NCBI GenBank assembly: GCA_963798845.1
Contig: CAWCUS010000006.1
Span: 224,001-288,000, forward strand
Reading direction: 5' to 3'
Origin: an uncultured Gemmatimonadales bacterium
Lineage (GTDB): Bacteria; Gemmatimonadota; Gemmatimonadetes; Longimicrobiales; RSA9
Length of the DNA: 64,000 nt
Every line of letters begins with the position of its first letter. Within the stretch, counting starts at the first letter, position 1. The position numbers were made by a program, and so were the translations under genes. Positions 58,202 through 64,000 of this stretch are shown piece after piece. The notes beneath the pieces are model-generated. The model was given only the letters and a program-made list of their open reading frames with translations. It did not search any database and had not been told where the DNA came from.

Positions 58202-59113
58202 ATGTTGCGCACGTACGTCGTTCTCCTCGCGCTGGCGCTGCCGGCAGTGGCCTGCTCCCCGGTGCGAACCAAGGTACCGGAGAAGCCCGCTGCGGCGGCC
58301 CGGCTCGATCGCGGGCTCGCGGCCCTGAGCGAGCACCGATACCCGGACGCCTTCCAGGACCTGGCCTGGGTGTACGCCCACTGCCCTGGCCATGTGGCCG
58401 GATACCGTGCGGCCAGCGCCATGGCCGCACTGGAGCTGGACCCGCGCAACCCTGTGGGCCGACCGGCGGTCGGCACGGAGCTGCTGGGCGGGCTCCTCCG
58501 GTCCCCGGGAGTCCCCGCGTGGGAGCGGCCCCTCTCGGAGACCGGCTACCTGCTGGCCCTCGCCCTCGGCGCACCACCCGCACCGCAACCCGACGCCGGA
58601 ATGGCGGGACGCCCGGAGCAGCCGACCTCCGACCTGCCGGCGGGCGAGCCGGCGCAGAGGCCCGGCGGCCAGCACCCGCCCAGCGAGCCCGAGCCGGACA
58701 GCGGGCTCGTCCGCCCGGTCGCGCCGGACAGCGGGCTCGTCCGCCCCGTCGCGCCGGACACCGGCCTCGCTCGGCCGGCGGTTCAGGACAGCGCCACTCT
58801 CGCCGCACCCGGCGACACCGCGCCCGCCTCCGTCCGCGTGAGCGACGTCGGTCGCGTGAGCGACGTCGGTCGCGCGAGCGACGTCGGGGCCGGGCCCATC
58901 GCGGAGCCCGTGGAAGGGTGCGGCGAAGCGATCAGCGCGGAGGGATGGTCATCTCCACCGCTCCCCCGCCTTCCGGGTCCATCGCTGGCCGCGCTCGTGG
59001 CGCAGGTGGAAGCGCGCCGGGACACGCTCGCCGAGCAGCTGCGCATCACGCAGATGCAGCTCGACTCGGTTCGGGGCGAGCTCGAGCGCATTCGCAAGAC
59101 GCTGAAGCCATAG
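58202..59113 (+). CDS. lipoprotein with Pro-rich repeat linker and C-terminal coiled coil
   Basis: MLRTYVVLLALALPAVAC lipobox; helical domain (ALELDPRNP); ends QLDSVRGELERIRKTLKP, 4 nt before the kinase ATG. Confidence 0.75.
   Translation: MLRTYVVLLALALPAVACSPVRTKVPEKPAAAARLDRGLAALSEHRYPDAFQDLAWVYAHCPGHVAGYRAASAMAALELDPRNPVGRPAVGTELLGGLLRSPGVPAWERPLSETGYLLALALGAPPAPQPDAGMAGRPEQPTSDLPAGEPAQRPGGQHPPSEPEPDSGLVRPVAPDSGLVRPVAPDTGLARPAVQDSATLAAPGDTAPASVRVSDVGRVSDVGRASDVGAGPIAEPVEGCGEAISAEGWSSPPLPRLPGPSLAALVAQVEARRDTLAEQLRITQMQLDSVRGELERIRKTLKP
58693..58888 (+). repeat. in-frame coding repeats: 30 bp (PDSGLVRPVA) x~3 and 18 bp (RVSDVG) x3
   Basis: GCCGGACAGCGGGCTCGTCCGCCC.GTCGC copies from 58693; CGCGTGAGCGACGTCGGT copies from 58835. 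Confidence 0.85.
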
Positions 59114-59117
59114 CTCC

Positions 59118-60569
59118 ATGACCGTTCGGGCCCGGCTCCTCGTCACCATCAGCGGGATCATCCTCCTCCTGGTCCTCCCCGCCCTCTACGGCATCACGCA
59201 GCTCCGTCGGGTCCGGGCCATCGCGGAGGGGCTGGAGGAGGTGCATGCCGACGACGTCCTCACGCTCGGCAACCTGCGCGAGGAGTTCGCCGAGCTCGAC
59301 CGTCTCCTGCGCAGCTACGTGGTCGAGCCTGCCGCCGAGTACCGCCAGTCGGCGGAGACGGATATCGCGGCTGCCCGGGGCAACCTGCGCCGCCTGTCCC
59401 GGTCCGGCCTGGACGGCGAGGTCTCCGTTTCTCGCGCCCAGCTCGATTCGCTCGCCACCGCCACCGCCCGCCTCGAGGAGCTCATGGGCAGCGACCGCCG
59501 CGACGAGGCCACGTCCTACCTGCTGAACGACGTACGCCCCCTCCTCGACGGGCTCCGGCACTCCCTCACGGCAGTGGCGAGCGCGCTGGACGAGCGTGGC
59601 AAACAGGCCGTGCAGGAGGCGCAGGTCGTGAGCGCCGCGGCGACGCGAACCACCATGCTCGTGGTCACGATCGCACTCTTCCTGACGATCATCCTCGGGC
59701 TCTGGACGACGGACGCCCTCTCGCGTCCGCTGCGGCGCCTTTCCGAGGCCACGGCCTCCGTCGCCGCCGGGGACTTCAAGGCGCCGCCGCACCTGGCCTA
59801 CGAGCGGTCGGACGAGATCGGCCATCTTTCCCGCTCCTTCGCGCTCATGACCGAGCAGCTGAGCGAGCTCGACCGTCTCAAGGCCGAGTTCGTCGGCCTC
59901 GCCACCCATGAGCTCAAGACACCGATCAACGTCATCATGGGGTACGCCGAGCTCATGGACGAAGGCGTCTACGGTGACCTGCCCGATCGGCAGCGGGAAG
60001 TCACCCGGCTCATCCACGAGCAGGCCCGCTCCCTTACCCGCCTGGTCAATCAGCTCCTCGACCTCTCCCGCTTCGAAGCCGGCGGGCTCAAGATGGAGCC
60101 CAATCCGATGGAGCTCGCCGGCCTTCTCACCGATGTCGAGGCTGCGTTCCGGGCGCTCGCCACACAGAAGCGCATCCAGTTCGATGTCCGCAGCGAGGAC
60201 TCCGCCCCGCACATCGTCAGCCTCGACCGCGACCGCATTCGCCATGAGGTCCTCGGAAACCTCCTCTCGAACGCGTTCAAGTTCACCGACACGGGCGGTG
60301 AGATCAGCCTGCGAGCATGGGGCGAGGACGGGAACGTCGGGCTGGAGGTGAGCGACACGGGTGCCGGGATCCCGCAGGATCAGCTGCAGCACGTGTTCGA
60401 CAAGTACTACCAGGTGGGCGCGGAGGCCAAGGCACAGGGGAGCGGCCTGGGGCTCGCCATCGCCAAACAGGTGGTGGAAGCCCACCACGGAACCATCTCC
60501 GCCACCAGCACCGTCGGACGAGGGACCACGTTCCGCATCACGCTTCCGGCCGGCTCGGCGGAGGGATGA
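59118..60569 (+). CDS. HAMP-domain membrane sensor histidine kinase
   Basis: Two TM flanking a helical periplasmic domain; HAMP (RPLRRL..DEIGHL); ATHELKTPIN; NLLSNAFKFT; GSGLGLAI. Confidence 0.94.
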   Translation: MTVRARLLVTISGIILLLVLPALYGITQLRRVRAIAEGLEEVHADDVLTLGNLREEFAELDRLLRSYVVEPAAEYRQSAETDIAAARGNLRRLSRSGLDGEVSVSRAQLDSLATATARLEELMGSDRRDEATSYLLNDVRPLLDGLRHSLTAVASALDERGKQAVQEAQVVSAAATRTTMLVVTIALFLTIILGLWTTDALSRPLRRLSEATASVAAGDFKAPPHLAYERSDEIGHLSRSFALMTEQLSELDRLKAEFVGLATHELKTPINVIMGYAELMDEGVYGDLPDRQREVTRLIHEQARSLTRLVNQLLDLSRFEAGGLKMEPNPMELAGLLTDVEAAFRALATQKRIQFDVRSEDSAPHIVSLDRDRIRHEVLGNLLSNAFKFTDTGGEISLRAWGEDGNVGLEVSDTGAGIPQDQLQHVFDKYYQVGAEAKAQGSGLGLAIAKQVVEAHHGTISATSTVGRGTTFRITLPAGSAEG

Positions 60570-61474
60570 CCCGGATCTGGGACGCCGTGATCGTCGGTGC
60601 CGGACCGGCAGGGCTCTCCGCCGCTCTCTGGCTCGGCCGCTACCGCCGGCGCACCCTCGTCATGGACGACCAGCGACCGAGAAACGCGGGCGCCTGGGCG
60701 GTCCATGGCTACCCCGGGCTCGAGGACCCGAATCCCGACACGCTGCGGCAGCGCCTGAGCGAGCAGGCGCGCCACGCCGGCGCCATGATCGAGCGCTGTC
60801 GCGCGACCGACATCGACGGCAGCCGCGACGACTTCGCCGTCCACCACGCCGATGGCGACGTCTCGCGTGCCCGCCGTCTCCTCCTCGCCTACGGCCGGAA
60901 AGACAGGGTTCCGGAGATTCCCGGCCTTGCGCCACTGCTCGGCAGCTCCGTCTTCCACTGCCCGGACTGCGACGGGCCCAGCGTCACCGACCTGCGCGTC
61001 GGCGTCCTCGGCCACGACCATGACGCGGCCGAGCTCGCCCTCTACCTCCTGACCTGGACTCCGCACGTGCGAATCCTCACCCACGGCCGCACGCCCGACC
61101 TGGAGCCGCGCGTCCTCCAGATCCTCCACGACCACGGCATCCCCGTTGACACCCCGATCATCCACAGCGCCGCAGGCCGCAATGGCCGACTCGACGAGCT
61201 CGAGACCGACGAAGGAAGCATCCCTCTCGACGCCCTCTTCTTCCACTGGGGCAGCGACCCCTCCGCCAGCCTCGCCGGGACCGTCTCCTGCGACTGCCGC
61301 TCTTCCGGCGACATCCTCGTCGACCCCGCCACCCTCGAGACCTCCGTCACGGGCGTCTACGCCGCCGGCGACATCATCGGAAGGCCCTATCTGGCCATCA
61401 GCGCCGCGGCCGAGGGCGTGCGCGCGGCGCTCGCCATCCACCGCTCGCTCCTCCCCCCCGAGTTCGAAATCTGA
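60566..61474 (+). CDS. thioredoxin reductase-like NAD(P)/FAD oxidoreductase
   Basis: IVGAGPAGLSAA, FHCPDCDG, TSVTGVYAAGD; ATGA overlap with the kinase. Confidence 0.9.
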   Translation: MTRIWDAVIVGAGPAGLSAALWLGRYRRRTLVMDDQRPRNAGAWAVHGYPGLEDPNPDTLRQRLSEQARHAGAMIERCRATDIDGSRDDFAVHHADGDVSRARRLLLAYGRKDRVPEIPGLAPLLGSSVFHCPDCDGPSVTDLRVGVLGHDHDAAELALYLLTWTPHVRILTHGRTPDLEPRVLQILHDHGIPVDTPIIHSAAGRNGRLDELETDEGSIPLDALFFHWGSDPSASLAGTVSCDCRSSGDILVDPATLETSVTGVYAAGDIIGRPYLAISAAAEGVRAALAIHRSLLPPEFEI

Positions 61475-61526
61475 GCCCCGCCCGCCCCGCTGGCGGGCCA
61501 CGGCGAAAGGACCCTACTTTCCTGGC

Positions 61527-61793
61527 ATGCGACACGATCCCCGAGGCCACCACCTGGCCACCATCAGTCACGACGGCCACTTCTGGGATGTCTACCTGGA
61601 GGTGGAGGAAGTCCAGGACCGCGGCGGACCGGTGCGCGGCCGCATCGCGTTCTCAGCCGCGGACGACCCCGCCACCGAGCCCGTCCGCACCGCGCCGATC
61701 TTCCTCGAAGACACCCCGCAGGAAGTGCTGGCCCGCGCCCGGGACTTCAAGACCCACCAGCTCGTGGCCCTGCTCCGCTCGTCGGTGCCCTAG
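61527..61793 (+). CDS. hypothetical protein (88 aa)
   Basis: MRHDPRGHHLATISHDGHFWDVYLE..RTAPIFLE..LVALLRS; coding-like GC3 bias. Confidence 0.65.
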   Translation: MRHDPRGHHLATISHDGHFWDVYLEVEEVQDRGGPVRGRIAFSAADDPATEPVRTAPIFLEDTPQEVLARARDFKTHQLVALLRSSVP

Positions 61794-61803
61794 CCGCCGT
61801 CAC

Positions 61804-62538
61804 TCACCGCGAGCCCGCCACCGGCGCCGTCCCGAGCCACGCCTGCACCGACGCACGCCCCGCGCGCGCGAACACGTGCGAGGGATACTGCCGGCACGTA
61901 GGCGTATTCGTCCCGTGGACGCACCCGTTGTACCGCAGCAGAGCACGATCCACATCACCACGAGACTCCCGGAGGTACCGGGCGAACAACGTCGCACCCG
62001 CACATACGTTGGTCTCGATCTCCTCCAGGTCCGCACCGCACTCGGGAAAGCTGCCCCTGTGCACCGGCATCACCTGCATCAGCCCGATCGCGCCCACCGG
62101 GCTCCGCGCGACCGGGTCCAGCCACGGGTTCTCCACCAGCAGCACAGCCAGGAGCAGATGCGAGTCCAGCCCGAGACGGTTTGACTCCCGGACCAGCGAC
62201 ACCGCGATCCGCTGCCCCAGCTCAGGGTCCCCCCGGTAGCGGAGCAGCACGCGCTCGATCGGAGCCACCTGTGCGTCGTAGTATCGCCCCGCCTCCGACC
62301 ACGCCGCACGCACTCGCGCCACCCGCTTCTCCAGCACACGGACGCTCGGAGACACCGCTGCGGTCGCTCCACCGCCTTCGCCTCCCGAGTGCTCCCGCGT
62401 CGGCTCCGCCCCGGCCGCCGGAGCCCCGGCGTAGAAGGCGCCCACCAGCAGCCCCGTCCCGAGCAGCATCGCCAATGACGCTATCCGCCGACTTCGGCCG
62501 CGATAAAGGAAGATCGATTTGAGTAGATCAATGTACAT
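61804..62538 (-). CDS. membrane-anchored lytic transglycosylase (SLT domain), paralog of 31040..31822
   Basis: LLLAVLLVENPW, GAIGLMQVMP, ALLRYNGCVHGTNTPTC; alternative start at 62547. Confidence 0.87.
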   Translation of the reverse strand: MYIDLLKSIFLYRGRSRRIASLAMLLGTGLLVGAFYAGAPAAGAEPTREHSGGEGGGATAAVSPSVRVLEKRVARVRAAWSEAGRYYDAQVAPIERVLLRYRGDPELGQRIAVSLVRESNRLGLDSHLLLAVLLVENPWLDPVARSPVGAIGLMQVMPVHRGSFPECGADLEEIETNVCAGATLFARYLRESRGDVDRALLRYNGCVHGTNTPTCRQYPSHVFARAGRASVQAWLGTAPVAGSR

Positions 62539-62607
62539 TTCCACCACCTCGCTCGGGATGACTGCGGCATGCCCGAACCGCCGGGCGGACTCGTGCGCCG
62601 GGCGAGG

Positions 62608-62623
62608 TGCAAGCGGCGTACCT
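62608..62623 (-). promoter_or_regulatory. candidate sigma-54 promoter for the second SLT
   Basis: Minus strand AGGTACGCCGCTTGCA (GG-N10-GC with TTGCA), 60-70 nt upstream of the start. Confidence 0.45.
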
Positions 62624-62745
62624 CGAGAGCGTTTCCACGGGCCGCGAGCTTTGCGGAATGGCGCCGAATGCCTATATTTTGGTGTGGAATCATGGGCCTG
62701 CCGGGGGCCCGTTCATCTTTGGTACGGTTGGGAGGGACACCTCGA

Positions 62746-62946
62746 ATGGCGCTCTATCGGACGCTGTACTACGGGGACATGACGGTCGGCGTTGGGGGGA
62801 GGGTGACGATCCCCCAGGAGATCCGTGACGATCTGGGGATCGATGACGGAGACCTCATGACGGTCCGGGTGGAGGAGAGCCCGGATGGCACGCGCCAACT
62901 GGTAATGTGGCGTGCGAAGGAGCAGCCTGACGACACCGAAGAGTAG
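62746..62946 (+). CDS. AbrB/MazE/SpoVT family DNA-binding protein
   Basis: GGAGG RBS; TVGVGGRVTIPQEIRDDLGIDDGDLMTVRV. Confidence 0.85.
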   Translation: MALYRTLYYGDMTVGVGGRVTIPQEIRDDLGIDDGDLMTVRVEESPDGTRQLVMWRAKEQPDDTEE

Positions 62947-62967
62947 CGGCGCACCGTGACCTGTTGA

Positions 62968-62998
62968 GCGCCCCGGCCTCTTGTTGAGGTCGGGGCGC
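62968..62998. terminator. hairpin between the convergent AbrB-like and LuxC-like genes
   Basis: GCGCCCCGGCCTC-TTGTT-GAGGTCGGGGCGC followed by a T-rich tract on the + strand. Confidence 0.65.
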
Positions 62999-63011
62999 CG
63001 TTATTTCTGCG

Positions 63012-64000
63012 TCAGTATTCCAGGTCGACCCAATGGAGCAGCTCGCGCAGTGCGCCGCGGCCGTCGTGGTGCCACTCGGGGGGCGGCCAGGGCAGGCGCT
63101 CGAAAGTGGTGATGCGGGTGGCACCGGCGCGGGCGAGGGCGTGGGCGATGTCGGGGTGTCGAGCGTCGGTCCCGGCGATGGCCACGGACTGGAGTCGATT
63201 TCCGACCGGCGCCAGCAGGTCGACGGCGTCCTGGAGGTGCTCGATCGGGTGGACGTAGACAAACCGGTTGAGGCATGAAGTCCGGAACACCGGCTCGGGG
63301 TCGTAAACCACGGTCCAGGAGGTTCCGCCTCCGGCGAACACCCTGACGCTTTCGCCGGCGTGACCCCGCATCTCGGCCGCGCCGCGCGCCTGGTGGATGG
63401 CGGAGGCCTCCCCCGCCGACACCGTTCCCCGGGGCAGCTCCTGCTCGATCGATTCCAGCGCGGCACCCAGCTCCTCGGCGAACGCGCGTGCCTCCTCGCC
63501 GCGGGCGTCCTCAACCCACAGGGCGTGGGGCGAGACGCAGCCGTGCTGATCGAAGGTGGCCACCGCGCGGGCCACGGCGCGGGCGAGGGCGGCGCTGTTC
63601 TTTCCCAGCGCGGCGTTGCCGATGAGCCCCACCGAGAGCCGGGGCCCGTGCACGACGAGGCGGTCGTGGGCGGGGGCTCTGGCGCGGAACGAGCTGACGA
63701 CCTCGTCTCCCCCGTAGACGACGACGACGTCCGCGGCCTGGAGCATGCGCCATTCCGCGTCCTCTGCCCCACCGGGCCAGTAGGTGACGGCGAGGGCGTC
63801 GGCGAGATCGGGGTCGACGGAGGCGAGCGCCCGGGCGAAGAGGACGGGGAGCACGGGCTCGCCGGACGCGAGCTTTCCGACCACGGGCGACTTGACGAGG
63901 AGGGAGCGCACCATGGAGGTGACGGCCACTCCCGGCACGTTTCCGGCGAACACGTGGAAACCCAGCCCGGGGCCATAGGCCCGCGTGTTCCGGCCGGGGC
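63012..64000 (-). CDS. acyl-CoA reductase (LuxC family), 5' end beyond right edge
   Basis: GPGLGFHVFAGNVPG, LLVKS, VVVYGGDE, HGPRLS, FDQHGCVSPH (catalytic Cys), HHDGRGAL; frame is open to the edge. Confidence 0.88.
   Translation of the reverse strand, partial: PGRNTRAYGPGLGFHVFAGNVPGVAVTSMVRSLLVKSPVVGKLASGEPVLPVLFARALASVDPDLADALAVTYWPGGAEDAEWRMLQAADVVVVYGGDEVVSSFRARAPAHDRLVVHGPRLSVGLIGNAALGKNSAALARAVARAVATFDQHGCVSPHALWVEDARGEEARAFAEELGAALESIEQELPRGTVSAGEASAIHQARGAAEMRGHAGESVRVFAGGGTSWTVVYDPEPVFRTSCLNRFVYVHPIEHLQDAVDLLAPVGNRLQSVAIAGTDARHPDIAHALARAGATRITTFERLPWPPPEWHHDGRGALRELLHWVDLEY

Noticed and set aside
63012..64000. Bioluminescence operon
   Set aside because: No luxA/luxB/luxD in the window; LuxC homologs alone do not imply luminescence.

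Overview
High-GC (roughly 70%) bacterial chromosomal window. The gene mix (SusC/SusD pair, alternative complex III, DUF3127, Bacteroidota-style orphan GroES, stand-alone TonB-plug lipoprotein) suggests Gemmatimonadota (FCB group); this is inference, not a database result. Left to right it holds: a peptide ABC transporter operon running off the left edge, a lipoate ligase, gcvP and gcvH (dispersed, no gcvT), several peptidases, a msrA-decarboxylase-cation transporter operon, two acyl-CoA dehydrogenases and a Tat amidase, an AraC+TPR pair, groES-hslO, two paralogous lytic transglycosylases, an actABCDEF operon, an orphan susCD, an eight-gene gas vesicle operon and a LuxC-family reductase running off the right edge. 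The most notable system is the gas vesicle operon (gvpF-G-L-S-L-K-J-A). It lacks gvpN/O/C, continues into a soluble dual-PAS histidine kinase, has a candidate sigma-54 promoter, and is divergent from a lipoprotein+kinase pair. Also notable: a non-coding 61-bp hairpin array with combinatorial variation upstream of gcvP, a 25-27-bp tandem repeat, a stand-alone 70-aa HisKA protein, and three frameshifts sharing the same AGATG->AGAATG context. No rRNA, tRNA, CRISPR, transposase or phage genes were seen.
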